Assembly: GCA_038087875.1 (NCBI GenBank)
Contig: CM075989.1
Span: 11,470,001 to 11,534,000 of the forward strand
Reading direction: 5' to 3'
Length of the DNA: 64,000 nt
Origin: Malacoraja senta
Taxonomy: Eukaryota
In this document: in pieces, positions 1 through 63,701 of the stretch
How the letters are laid out: each line of letters begins with the position of its first letter
How positions within the stretch are numbered: the stretch's first letter is position 1
Notes under the pieces: generated by a model
Seen by the model: the letters and a program-made list of their open reading frames with translations, nothing else
Database searches by the model: none
Told to the model about the DNA's origin: nothing
Position numbers and translations under genes: made by a program

Positions 1-316
1 TCCAACACCTCTGTCCTATCTGACTCTGGCTTTCTACATTTTTATAATTCTAATGTAAGCTTGAGAAAGAACACCTTCCATCTAGGTACGTGGGAGCCTT
101 CTGGACTCAATTTTACAGCTGTAGGTAACTAACCAGGTCTGCTGTAATTCCTTTGTATCATTGGCTCTTTTTCTTATAGCAGATACTGCCCGACATGTTT
201 CAGCATTTTCACTTTACATTTACATCTATGGTTATTAGCTTTTTTCCCCTTCATTATTTAGCCTGTCCAGCTGGTCCTTGCTCTTCACAAAATTTTGTTA
301 TTTTCCCTGTTTTATT

Positions 317-1045
317 TAGGAAATGTTACGAAAATTGAGATTTTAAAAATCAAGCCTGTAATTTATCCCATCAGATAAAGCATAAAAAGAACTTTAATTT
401 GATACCTAATTCACTTTCATATCTTCAGTATTAAAAAAAGTTATGGGCATTTTCATACACGGAAATTAGCATCTTGTTCCCTATTGCTTTTCCATTAACT
501 TAACACAAAAGCTCTGATCGAGGACTGTCAATTGACATAAAATCCCATAACTTTCTTAAAAATTAAGAGAACTGAATGAAGTTTTCAGTTATTATAGATT
601 GAAGCATTCTGAAACAAATATGATACATCTTACTTGGATGGCCTGAAATGAAAGTATATAATTAGTTAATTACCTAATTAAGTAGCTAATTACAAAATTA
701 ACCGTTGTGACGGAAATAGCAAGACTGCCTTGAAAATTCAAAATTTGATATTCTCAAGATCAGAACTTTATTATTGTAACGTTAAAAAAAAAGTAAAACC
801 CAACAAACAAAATCATATTCATCAGTCATCAAATCAATTAAATTAATCTAAATTCAATTACTAGATCTGAACATCTATCCCATTCTTAAGAAAAGGCTAA
901 AAATATGTTTTTAAATAGCCAAAGTATCCAAATAACAAACTGATCCCCTTCACACAAGAATTCACAATATTACATGTTTAAATCTCACTTTGTCATGAAT
1001 TTCTATGCCAAATCGAAGGAATTGAATGTTTAATTCCCATAAATT
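317..1045. mobile_element. Non-autonomous hAT-like DNA transposon, partial; inverted relative to the copy at 39034-40065
   Basis: Starts TAGGAAATGTTAC. About 700 bp are clearly homologous to the reverse complement of ~39520-40065. Right terminus not identified. Confidence 0.7.
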
Positions 1046-1372
1046 TTACTCTGTTAGTTTATAACACTGCAATAGGCACGGGCTGTTTTTCACAGACATG
1101 TGTTCAAAATCCACAAACATCCACTAAAATCAATATTTTTTGCACAATCATGTCCTAAGAACATCTAAATTATCTATATTTTGTGTAAATGCCTATCCAT
1201 GACCAATATTTTCATACTAAATATTTGATTAAAAACTATGTACTGTGGAAGTTTGTCAGATTTAGTATTAAAATATTGATCATGGATTGTTCAATGTTAT
1301 TGCACGTTTATTAAATATTCATGCACTTCCCCTCCCAATCATGTTAGGCGAACAGATCAGTAAATTGTCTTG

Positions 1373-1526
1373 AAGCTAGACACAAAATGCTGGAGTAATT
1401 CAACCGGGTCAGGCAGCATCTCTGTGATGTTTCGGGTCGAGACCCTTCTTCAGCCTGACCTGCCGAGTTACTCCAGCATTTTGTGTCTAGCTTTGGTGTA
1501 AACCAGCATCTGCAGTTCCTCCTACA
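1373..1526. mobile_element. Penelope-derived fold-back mini-element with hammerhead-like core
   Basis: Inverted arms gacacaaaatgctggagtaa / ttactccagcattttgtgtc enclose gtttcgggtcgagacccttcttcag; TSD cagtaaat(c)tgtcttg at 1358-1372 and 1527-1542. Confidence 0.75.
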
Positions 1527-1989
1527 CAGTAAATCTGTCTTGTCTCTTTTTTGCAGAGTGGAGTTTGATACTCGGAACCAAAGTAACCGCCCCAGAACAA
1601 GAGCATCTACTACATTGCAAGTCATCTTCAATGAACTACGTGTAGATCATCAGGTGCTTGGGATTTATAAGTTTTAAAACTCTCTAGTAAAAGAAAAAGC
1701 ACTGGAGTAACTCAGAACAGGCAGCATCTGTGGGTCGGAGACCTTTTGACTGATTGTAGTACGAGGGAGAAAGCTGGAACAGAGGTGTGTGGGGGACAAA
1801 GTCTTGGCATTCCAGCACAGATGCTAGCTGCCCCACTGAGTAACTCAAACATTTTGTACTTTGCTCAAGATTCCTTCAGTATCTTCAGTTCTTTGTGTCT
1901 CAATCTTTCAAGTAAGTTCCTGTAATTCCTTACTCTCAAGAGAACCTCAATTCTATCTATCTGATAGGTTTTGAGTCTTCTGTGAAGAT

Positions 1990-2230
1990 GGACACAGGGG
2001 TAGTGTTGCTGCCTTATAGCGCAAGAGGCCTGGCTTTGATCACAGAGTTTGTACATTTTCCATATGACCATGTTGGTTTTCTTTCGGTGTTCTGGTTTCC
2101 TCCCACATTCCAAAGATGTGCAGGTTTGTATGTACATGATGAGTGGGATAGAACTAGTGTACGGGTGATCACTGGTCAGTGTGGACTCGGTGGGCGGAAG
2201 GGCCTGCTTCCATGCTGTATCTAAACTAAT
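1990..2230 (+). mobile_element. V-SINE (HE1-like), degenerate
   Basis: V-domain-like gagtttgtacattttcc...ggtttcctcccacattccaaaga and tail gaagggcctgcttccatgctgtatctaaactaa; homologous to 8004-8314. Confidence 0.7.
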
Positions 2231-3388
2231 AGTTTAATTCCTTTATGATTTCCTTATATGCCATTCTAAATTCTGTCGCTGGGCCTCATGTTTGCTCTTG
2301 CTTGTCTTTTCATTTTTATCTACTTGTAAATGGACTGAAAGAACGTTTCTTGCCAGTCCTAATTTCATTCTAACATGCATTTCTTTATTGATTTCTTGAT
2401 ATTGCCCTATTGTGTTCCAAAATACTCCCAATTTTAAGGCCTACTACTTATTCTAGCAACTTGACAAGCCACTTTTTAAATTTAATACCATCTTTAACTT
2501 CTCTTGGCGGTTGCAGATAAGAGACAAATCAATGTTCCTTGGGCCTTGTGCTTTAAAAAGGGCATATTTATTTTGCAAATATGCATCATTTCTTTAAATA
2601 CAGACCATTCCTTGTCCACAGTACTTATTTTCCCAATCAATCATAATCTACTCTCGTACCTACATAACTTCCTTTGTTTGGCTTTACGATTCCACTTTTG
2701 TATTGAACCACGTGCACTTACAAGCTCAATGCAAAATTCTCTTACCCTTCTCTAAAGATCCCCCGGCTAATAGAATCATTAACTAATTCTTTCATTGCAC
2801 AGTGATACCCAAAATAGCTCTTTCCGAAGCTGGTTTCTCAATGTATGATCTCGAAAGGCATTCTTGAATGCATTCATTGAATTAATCTTCCTCATCGCAG
2901 CAAATGATTTGTCTAATCTTCATGCAAGTTAACATCTCTTATGACTACCATTACTTTTGCTGTAGGCATTTCTAATTGTCCAATTAATTCCACACCTAAT
3001 ATTGAAACTACATAAACTGAAAACTTCCACGCTCAAGAAATTATTCATTCATGGGGCGAGTATCACCAGCAAGGTTGGCTTTTATTGTTGTTCCCAAATT
3101 GGACTAAAGAAATGTTGAAGGCGATCCGAGAGAGCAAAGGAAACCTAATACCTAGATCCGATCGACCATTTCATAGAGTCATAGAAATACAGCACAAAAA
3201 CAGGCCTTTTGACACATGGAGTCCATGCTGACCATTATTCTCCCCACATTCAAATCAACTTCAGAGATGTTAAAGTCAACCACGCTGCCAGATTCAGAGG
3301 GGCCCAAAGTTACACACAAGTCTGTGGATCCTGGACAGCAGACTTGCCTAAAGATCAATGAACGAGATGAGAGTTTAACAACAATCGA

Positions 3389-3476
3389 AGATAGACACAA
3401 AAAACTGGAGTAACTCAGCAGGACAGGCAGCATCTCTGGAGAGAAGGAATAGGTGACGTTTTGGGTTGGGACCTTC
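3389..3476 (-). mobile_element. Penelope-derived mini-element
   Basis: Same consensus as the other copies; exact 11-bp TSD ACAACAATCGA at 3378-3388 and 3477-3487. Confidence 0.75.
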
Positions 3477-3639
3477 ACAACAATCGACTGAGTGGTTACC
3501 GAGTTGATGCAAGTTCTTTATTCCACATTTTAGTGAGACCAGAGCTTGGGTTATCCTGCCAGACTGATAGCCCAATGTTCTGGTGAACCCTGCAGTTAGT
3601 CCAAATGATACATTTAAATCGAAAGTATTTCACAAATAT

Positions 3640-5600
3640 TTTTCAACATCAACTCAAAGAAACGGTTTATTCAAAGTTTTGTAAACAAATCAGAGGAACA
3701 GAAACCATGGTACCATGCAGCATTTTACAGCTTCACAACACGGTGTAACATTTCAGAAGCACAAAACCCAATACAATTATTTAACTTGGAAAGGGAATCA
3801 ACCCCAGCCTGCTCTTGAAAAGCTGTGCACAGAGCCCACACCAATTATCAATTGCATGAATAAAATTAAAAATTACAGATTAAATAACTGGAATTGAATT
3901 AGAAATGCTCTAACATAGTTGTGATGGTAACGAGTTATGAAATAAATGAATCAAATGATTGTTCAGAGGTTCTATCAAAAATGAGTTGTAAAATTCACTT
4001 CTGCTTTTTGTTAATCATTTATTTAAAATGCATCATGTTTAGGTATCATGTTCCATTGTACACTCAATATTGAGGGATCCCACATTTCACTGAATCTAAT
4101 TTATCTATTGAAGACAACCTCATCCCATTTAAAGTTAGAAGGTTCATAAAATCTGAAATTATCTATTTTTTTAAATATTTAAAACTCAAATTATGCTAAG
4201 ATGCATTAGTTCTCTGAAATCCAAATTTTTGCTCTGATCATTCCCCCCTTCCCCCAAGTACAAACTTTGCAATCATATTCATTACACCTAATGAACATTC
4301 TAACTCTAAACAAGATTTAAACATTGCAGAAATACATTTCTATTTTTTTCTGACTCTCATTTCAACAGTAGATTAGAGGGTTATACATTTTTAAACAATG
4401 TATAAAAACTACATCATTTTAAAAAGAGCCAGTGTATTGCCCCATTGCTATGCATAGTAGATAATAACCAATGCTGCAGGATCATTTCCACAAGTGGCTA
4501 ACTGTATCTAGGAAGAACGAAGACCATACCCAAAGCACCAAGTAGTGTTTGGCTTGTATATTATTTAGTGTTACAGACACGACAGCTAATTTTCACTGGA
4601 CAGAGGCCCAATATTTAATTCATTTAAAATGCTCATTAATAGTTCTCTACCCATCAAATAACATATCAACTGGCAGGCATGTCATTCTGTACCACAATTT
4701 AAGATGGTGGATTGTTCTATAACTGCTTTAGAGTTGGCACTGCATTGCAGCCCTCCCAGATTCAGAAACAGCCTGTACTATACCTTTCTGCAGGTAGGAC
4801 TGTCCAAGTTTCATTGCTCACCCTGGACTTTATTTACATTGCAATACACAAATTGTTGGAAGCAACAAAAGGAATGCGCACAAAAATCAATACCCAAACT
4901 ATACTACTGTTGAAGACAGTTCAGATTAATTTAATTTGCTCATTGTAAATTAATACATATATCTATACATTCACCTTGTTTATTAAAAAGTCAGAATGCA
5001 TTCAAATCACCAGAATAGATTCTCGTCACTTCTTCCAAAGAACCGAGACAATATTCACTGTTTTCACAGTACAATGCAGAACAAAAAAAAATCTCAGTTG
5101 GCTGTACAAGGCAAAATAATTCCGCTAATTTAGCTCGTTTTTTTTTAATATGGTAAATTTAAAACAGATCACTTCTCAAGTGCTATTTTGATTAACATGA
5201 AAATAGCAGATTACCGCTGAACTGGATAAATTGCCAATTTTGTGTATTGATTTAGTGAACTCAACCACTCAAAATAACTAAATTTTGTTCATAAAATCTT
5301 CAAAAGTACAAAATATACAAAATAATGTACAGAGAAACTAAACTTACCCCACCCCTGCCCAACATATTTGAAATAATAAAATCAATCTAAACAAGTTGCA
5401 TTTAAACTTTAAGAAATATTAGTCTGCATCTCTTCCTTCTATTTCACCCAACATCGATACAAGAAGTTCAAGTTTTATCAAGTAATGCACTTGTAAAGGC
5501 CAGGGTACACCATACAATGATTTTGCATTATTGCATTGTGTTATAATCAGAATTCCTTCCAGAGCCTTTAAAAACCCAGGCTCAGTCTTGTATCAAATAG
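3640..5600 (-). other. Probable GOLM2 3' UTR
   Basis: About 2 kb of repeat-free AU-rich sequence downstream of the stop, with several AATAAA hexamers on the minus strand (4979-4984, 4829-4834, 4018-4023, 3666-3671). The 3' end is approximate. Confidence 0.65.
3666..3671 (-). terminator. Candidate polyadenylation signal AATAAA
   Basis: Followed on the minus strand by GU/U-rich sequence (tctttgagttgatgttg) and close to where repeats resume. Other AATAAA hexamers are also plausible. Confidence 0.5.
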
Positions 5601-56279
<50,679 letters not shown>

Positions 56280-59200
56280 CTGGTGAAGAACAAAAAGCAG
56301 ATGAATGAAGTAATGACTTGAACATTTTACAGGAACCCAAGAGATTCAGAATTAAGAGGTATGATTGAAATTAAAGTTTGATAATTTTATGCACAAATAA
56401 CATACCACTTAACCACAGGGAGACAGCATGAGAAGGCGTGATTGAAATAAAAAAGGTTTGGCTTGGTTTAAATGTCCTCTTAAGTTTTAATATGTTGTTT
56501 GTGGGAATTAACCAATTCCCTGCGGTCCATGAAGAATTACTTGAAAATACTACATTCATAGAAATCACATCCTTGGACAAGATGGACTTAATGTAAACAC
56601 TTCAAAGAAAACTAATGTAAACATCACAAATTATATAGTTGATGCAATTTTCATTTTGTCCACATCCCCTTTATGAATCAGGCATCATGACATGGGCTCA
56701 AGCGATTCTGGCATTCCCAGAAATTAGACCACCAGAATTCTTAGCATTTTGTACCTACAGAAGGAAAGATCAAATGTAGTCAAGTACATTCAGTTTGTAC
56801 AAATTCTTAATGTTCAGATACTTTTGGATTGGCACCAAGTCTAATCCAATGTTTATTAAGACAACATAACTACCCAATACACCACCTCAGTGCAATAAGG
56901 GTCGGTCTGTGTGTCAAAAAATGATCAATACCATAAGTTTCCAAGCAAATAAAAATGATTGAACTGAAGCTTCAGAGTTATGGGCAAAGCAAGACTCTCA
57001 GTGCAAAATAAATTTCCCCCGCCTTTCCTGTTCATAGTATGAATGACATTACAAAGTCAGTGAATAGAGGCTTCAGCTGCATTCATAACCCCAATAACCA
57101 CAAAATGAAATATAATAGATGCAAGAAGTCTGGAATAAAACATTAAAATGCTCGCCAGGCAGCATATTTGGGGTGGTGGTGGAGGAAGGAAATATGGCGA
57201 GAACATTGCTGATGCTATTATTTCAGGCCGAAAATCTTTTATCAGAACTACTAAAAAATAAAGATAGTGTGTTTTAAGAAACATAGGAAGGGAGGGGAAA
57301 CAAAAAGGATAGATGGCAGGAGAGGTCAAATGACTGAAGGTAGCAGGGTTGTAAATGCCAAATAATTGTCTGAATTTATCACGGTAACACAGTTAATCTG
57401 CTAGAAATACTACATGAAATAAAAACACTGGAAATGCTGCTTAATTTGAATTTCAGTGGCAACTCCAGAAATCTGTAATGTAGCACCATATGAGGAAATC
57501 CATTGTACTTCAACTGAAAGTATAAATCACATTGAGTTGCACCTCCCACAGATGCATAGAAGAGAACACTGAACGGAGGTAGTTTAGTTGGTAGAGAGAC
57601 CCAGAGCACCAACGTTTTCTGGAGAAATCAGTTACCTTGGAATACTGAAAGGGAGTAAAGTACATCAGATGGTTGCCACCAGCAACCATCCATTAAGCGA
57701 GCCTGATGCGTTCAACAGCAAAAGCTAAAGAAATCCCATCTAGTTCAGGGATGGGGATGAAGGCACAAAAGTAAAAGTGCAGGAAGTGAAGTAAGAATAA
57801 TCATGGGGCCCAAACTATTATGCTAATCAAAATTAATGTAAAATGCATTGCTCATTGCAAGTAATAGTCACACATTCATGTTCAATAATCAGGTAATAGT
57901 CATCATCACCATCACAAAGATGCCCAGTGACTCCTGCTTATTTGCTGCAAAAAGCTTTTGTCACCTCCATCATCTCCTCTCAGTTTACCACATTTTCACC
58001 TTCCATAAACTCCAGCTTACTGAACTGAACTCTGAAGATCCCAGTCTATAACATCAAGCCCTATTCCTTCCTGGAATTACTGGTTTTCTCTATTCCTCTC
58101 ATGGCTGAGCAGCATTACCACTTAGTTAAATGTCTTTCTATAACAAAAAACTCACTGATATAAAACCATGCAATTAGCTAACCTTCTCTAGTCCTACCAT
58201 TTGCAAACCTAAACTCGTATACATCCATCCCAATCTCAATCCAGTACTAGCAGTCAAGCCGGTTACTGCCTGGATCATCCCTAAATTCAGTCCATAAACA
58301 ATGATACCACATCATCCTCTTCAATAAACCACCTCGCTGAATCTTTACTCACCACCAACCACACTCACAACCTCAACCTCACTAATCCACCCCAGCAAAA
58401 AAATATTTAGCTTAACATCCATTCTCTTCACATCTCTGAAGGTTCTTGGGGCACTAAAAGTACTTGATTATCCAAATTGACACAATTCACAGAAATTTAA
58501 ATTGTGCAGTATTTGAAAAAATTGTTGCACTGTCCAATGGAAATATAGCAAACAAAAGTTAACCTAAAATTAATTTGATCCATGGAGACCCAAGAGACTG
58601 CAGATGCTGGAATCTTGAAGAAAAAAAACCACATACCGCTGGAGGAATACAGCGAATAAGGCTGTGGAGGGAAAGGAATGATTAATATTTCAGGCCAAGA
58701 TACTGGGTCGTGACCATTCCATCCACAGATACTGCCTGATCTATTGAGTTCCTCCAGTAGTTTGTTTTTTGATTCATTTGATCCATGTCATGTGCTCACC
58801 AAACTTTGCCTGACAATCTACCAAACTGACATGCCTTTTCTACTGGCCTTCTACGTCTTTCTGTAGAAAAGGTTCTAGTATATCAAAAAATGTAACTGCA
58901 GCCTGACTTTAATTACATTAACATTACTTATTGTTTTATATTCTATGAAACAAATAAAAAGGGTTTCATTATCTCCTCCGTAGTAACATCAACTGCTGTC
59001 TTTGAAAGCTTGTGCATCTAAATGCCAAGCTAGCTCTATTCCTCCATTGCATTTTAAACTGTTGACACATAACATGTGCACATTGTCTTATGTTTTAAGA
59101 TGTAGCACCAGAGTCATTTTTAACATTGCACAAGGGACAAACTTCATCACCTGCACTGCTATTATTTTAAGATTGCCAATGGGTGATGGCATTTGTACAA

Positions 59201-60346
59201 CTCCACTGAAGTGAAAGTCATATTAATTTTTCCCAATTGATTTTTCTTTGGCATTACTACCAAGTCAGCAGGAAAAAGGCAGAGTTACCTGGTTATTCAA
59301 TGACTGAGAACCAAAGATACTAGCTGAGAACCTCCTCTCTAGTATTTAGCTTTGTCTTTATGGAGCAGCAGAAATTTGGGTTTTGGGTCAAGTCCACCAA
59401 CTTAAAACAAAAGCTGGGTGGGATACTACCAATATCTTTTCCCAACATCACCCAAAAATTATCTTAAAAAATACAAGCCTCAGCTATTTCTTTTGTAAAT
59501 GTGATTAGGTAATCCACATGAAGGCAAAAAGTCAGAAAAATGGGTGCAGGATTAGAATAGCTCATCCTGACATATATTAGAGCCTTCCAATGGGAAACTA
59601 TAAAAAAAAAAAAATTGCCCTAAACAATATTCTGTGTTGGCCGTCTTAGAGATACAGACCCAGACACAACTTAAAATTCACTGATCAACAATCACAAGAT
59701 TAAAACATTGATTTCAATAATACAATACTGGAAAGGAGCAGAAAGGTGTATATTCATTTTAATTGGAGACACATTTCTCTAATGTTCACATCTTTTAATG
59801 ACTTCACTGCAGTATAGAGAAAAATCTAAAGCCTATACTTGCATATCCTCAAAACTGCTCCAAGCCCAGCTATTGATTGTACAAAAGCAGTGTTTCTATT
59901 TTCTGAAATTTTTGGATCATTTACAAAATTGGTAAAGAAACTGAATGTTCTTGGCAAAGCACACACTATATTGGTACCTGGAAATACTTTGTCCAGATTG
60001 ACAGAACATCACAAGTTCAAGGCAAAGAGGCCGTTTGGCCCACTGTCTGGGTTATCAATACAATTTCATTACTTTGCTCTTTCACTGTAGCCTGATACTG
60101 TATTCACTTCAAAGAGTTTCAAACTGCAAGCGAAAAATCATTATTCAGAAATGGCTCCGAAAGAAAGTCAAGTGCAATCTTGAAGCTTGCAAAATGTTAT
60201 GGCTATTGCTGCAAAAATCATGGGTTCAACAACTTTTTCAGAATCGGTTTAAAATTCTTCTTTCTAACTCAAATGATCTTTCAAAACCCCTTCTACCACC
60301 CAAGAAAGAAGTGCTTCAAATGTGAAAAGCAATATGATATATTTGT

Positions 60347-60478
60347 TTAAAAAAGAACTGCAGCTGCTGGAAAAATCGAAGGTAGACAAAAATGCTGGAG
60401 AAACTCAGCGGGTGAGGCAGCATCTATGGAGGGAAGGAATACGTGACGTTTCAGGTCGAGACCCTTCTTCAGACTCAT
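60347..60478 (-). mobile_element. Penelope-derived mini-element
   Basis: 10-bp TSD ATATATTTGT at 60337-60346 and 60479-60488; carries the best-preserved hammerhead-like core. Confidence 0.8.
60443..60474 (-). ncRNA. Minimal type-I hammerhead-ribozyme-like motif (PLE-associated)
   Basis: RNA GU-CUGAAGA-A-GGGUC-UC-GACCU-GAAA-CG-UC-AC: both conserved core boxes, stem II, palindromic ACGU stem III and a GUC cleavage triplet. Stem I is only ~2 bp; activity untested. Confidence 0.6.
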
Positions 60479-61184
60479 ATATATTTGTGTAACTTCCATT
60501 TTCTTCACTGGCAACAATAACATGCAAACTTTCAAAAAATTTAAAATGCTTCTTTTCCAGATTTATTTTGAAAGAAAAAGTAATAAATATTGACGACAGG
60601 ACCCAAACACCTACACCGAACCCCAGATCATGCACTGTAGCAGTGGATTCTCAAGCAGTGCGGTTGCATATTACAAAAACGTGCACCATGAATAGTTTGC
60701 CAGGGATAACAATGTCAAAGCAAGCCCATAAGATAGCCAGCAATGACATAGAGAGCATCAGAATCTTTGTCTATCATTCCCAATCCTGTTACTTCACAGG
60801 GTATTCAAACAGTGATCCGTTTAGAGAAGTTCTTGCTACCAATATTCATTCTTTGGTCACCTTGATATTCACATTAAACTGGTATTTTCATTGCCTTTTC
60901 ACGTTTTATGATGGTTTCAACTATTGTTCCTTTAGCACCATCCAAAACACTGGAGTTCAGCAGTGCCTGTTGCATTTACTGATCTAATTATTAAAATATA
61001 ATAACTGTACTGATGTGTTCAGAAAAATCAAATTCCAACCAACAAACAAGGTATGCAAGACCCATGTACTAGGTACAACATTAATACAATTTGTATTTTT
61101 TTTTATTGGAACTTCATTGTTGCATCACATATTCTTAAATTAGTAACCACAGAATTGTTCGTAAAAATGAACCATCCTCTTGGA

Positions 61185-61410
61185 CAACGGTTCCCAACCT
61201 GGGGTAAATTTACCCCCAAGGGGTAAATTTTGCCTACCCAGGGGGTAAATTTGTTGATTCTGGATTTGTACATATTTTTTCTCATTGACTTACTGTGTTT
61301 AGTTCTGGTATCTGTTCATCATTAGTTGTTCAGAAATAAGTGAAATAACATTGTTATGTGCTATTGAAGTTGTCAGGGGTAAATTGGACGAAAAAAGTTG
61401 GGAACTCCTG
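61185..61410. mobile_element. hAT-Charlie-type MITE (226 bp)
   Basis: TIRs caacggttcccaac / gttgggaactcctg; 8-bp TSD ctcttgga (61177-61184) / ctctagga (61411-61418), resembling the Charlie NTCTAGAN target; internal ggggtaaat repeats. Confidence 0.85.
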
Positions 61411-63018
61411 CTCTAGGAGTCTAGGTCACTGCATACCATCAAGTAGAAGAGTTCTTTTTTTTATAATGGTGTTTCAGTGTGAAACAGAATGTATAATTCT
61501 GTTGAAGTGCATTCATTTAAGACTGTGGTATAAACATTCTTTGCTGTTATCAATTACTACATTCTACTTCACAGATGTTCAGGTCAATTGGAAGTCAGAC
61601 TTGGAGACAAGAAACACAAGAGACTAGATAGAATCTTGAGCACAAAAACAGTGCCTCAGGAACTCAGGCAGCATCTGTGAAGGGAAATGGACAGGCAACA
61701 CTTTGGCACCTTTCTTCATAACCCTTGATGCCTTTAACCTTCAGAAGTCTTTCAAACTATGCTTTGAGTGCAATCAATCACTGAACTACCACAACCTGGG
61801 GGATAAATCACAAAAAAGATTTGAATTAAATTAATTCACGAGTCAAAATCTAGGGGTCATGGTGTTATAATAAAGAATAGGCCTTTTAGTATTGAAATTA
61901 GAATTCTTTAAGTCTGGGGAAACATCCTGCCCACATCTACTCTGTTGCTCCCCCCAAGAATGTTGTACATTTTGACAGTTACCTCTCATTCTTCTGAACT
62001 CCAGAAGAAAGAGGCCTAGGCCTCACCAGTCTCTCTTTATTCACTACAGGGAACCAAGACCAAAGCTCAGGTTTTCAAGTACATTTCTAGACAGAATCTG
62101 ATGGAGCTCATCCAATAACTTGTTGGCATGGACCCATGCCATTAAGATTGTCTAGCATTTGGCACTAAATTAGCAAACTCATCCAGAAAACCTATATAAC
62201 ACGTCTATAGTGTTTTAAGGGTGAATAGTCTGATCTTAGCGTGGTCACATATTACATGTAATAGGCCTTAACCCCGAGATCTGAACATGGAGGTTCAAAT
62301 TGGCAGCAGGCAATGAATTGAGTATAATGTAGAAAAACTGAGGCCATAGCAAGATACTTAGAAAATCAGGTCAAAATGATTTAATGAAAGGAAAATAGTT
62401 TGACAAATCTGTGTCTTTTAAAATGTAACAAAAGTATTAGGTGATCAGCACCCAGTGGAAGTAGAGCAGTCCGATTTCCAGAGCAAGAGCGAAGCTGCTG
62501 GGTATCGATGAGACACGTTTGAGAGCCTCATCTTAAGAGAGACCTCACAGCTCCGCTCCTGCTTCCCCCCCACTCGTCACAACAGGTCCTAGTCCCGACC
62601 TTTCACCCTATCAGCCGTCACTTACAACACATAAGCGGCATTTTCACAACTTCCAATGGGATCCCACCACTAGTCACATCTTCTCATATTCATCCCTTTC
62701 CGCCTTCCGCAGAGATCGTCCCCTCCGCAACTCCCTGGTTAACTCATCCCTTCCCACCCAAACCACCCATTCCCCAGGTACCTTCCCCTGCAAACCAGAA
62801 GATGCAACACCTGTCGCTATACCTCCTCCCTCGACTCTGTCCAGGGACCCCGACAGGTTAGGCAGAGGTTCGCTTGCACCTCCTCCAACCTCACCTACCT
62901 TGTTGTTCAAGGTTAGGACTCATAGATCGGTGAGACCAAACGTAGACTGGGCGATTGTTTCGCTGAACACCTTCGCTCAGTCCACCTGGACCTAACTGAT
63001 CTCCCGGATGCCAAACAC

Positions 63019-63288
63019 CTTGCATCACCCGGCGTGGCTTTAATGGCCGCGGGACAATCACCATCGCCCGCCGGGGGCTTTGACTTTGACTCTGACATCG
63101 GGGGGGGAGTGCAGTGGAGAGATACGTTTTTTTTGCCTTCCATCACAGCACTGTGATGGATGTATGTGTAAATTTTGTTGTGTCTCGGGTCTTCTTCGTT
63201 TTGTAATGTATGGCTGCAGAAACGACATTTCGTTTGGACCTCAACGGGGTCCAAATGACAAATAAATTGTATTGTATTGTATTGTATT
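63019..63288 (+). mobile_element. Short retroposon 3' end with a (TTGTA)n tail, nested in the PLE
   Basis: Interrupts the GIY-YIG coding segment; hairpins ccatcacagcactgtgatgg and tttggacctcaacggggtccaaa; aataaa plus ttgta repeats. A similar sequence lies on the minus strand at ~27560-27950. Confidence 0.65.
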
Positions 63289-63506
63289 CCCCTTCCCACA
63301 CTGATCTTTCTGTCCTCGGCCTCCTCCATTGTCAGAGTGAGGCCAAACGCAAATTGGAGGAACAGCATCTCATTTTTCGCATTGGCGACTTACAACCCAG
63401 TGGTATGATTATTGATTTCTCTACCTTCAAGTAATACTTGCATTCCCTCTCTCTCTCTATCCCTCCACACCCAAGTTGTACCAGCTTCAAAGTCATCTTG
63501 TTGAGC

Positions 63507-63701
63507 ATGTTTAAGAAGGAACTGCAGATGCTGGAAAATTGAAGCTAGACAAAAATGCTGGAGAAACTCAGCGGGTGAGGCAGCATCTATGGAGCGAAGG
63601 AAATAGGCGACGTTTCGGGTCAAGCCCGAAATGTCGCATATTTCCTTCGTTCCATAGATGCTGCCTCACCCGCTGAGTTTCTCCAGCATATTTGTCTACC
63701 T
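63507..63701. mobile_element. Fold-back Penelope-derived mini-element with 74-bp arms
   Basis: Arms 63546-63619 and 63625-63698, 5-nt loop; 9-bp TSD TTGTTGAGC at 63498-63506 and 63702-63710. Confidence 0.85.

Noticed and set aside
60568-60987. 139-aa plus-strand ORF and similar 60-130 aa ORF-track entries
   Set aside because: No recognisable domains, many begin at non-ATG codons, and their lengths are expected by chance in intronic DNA.
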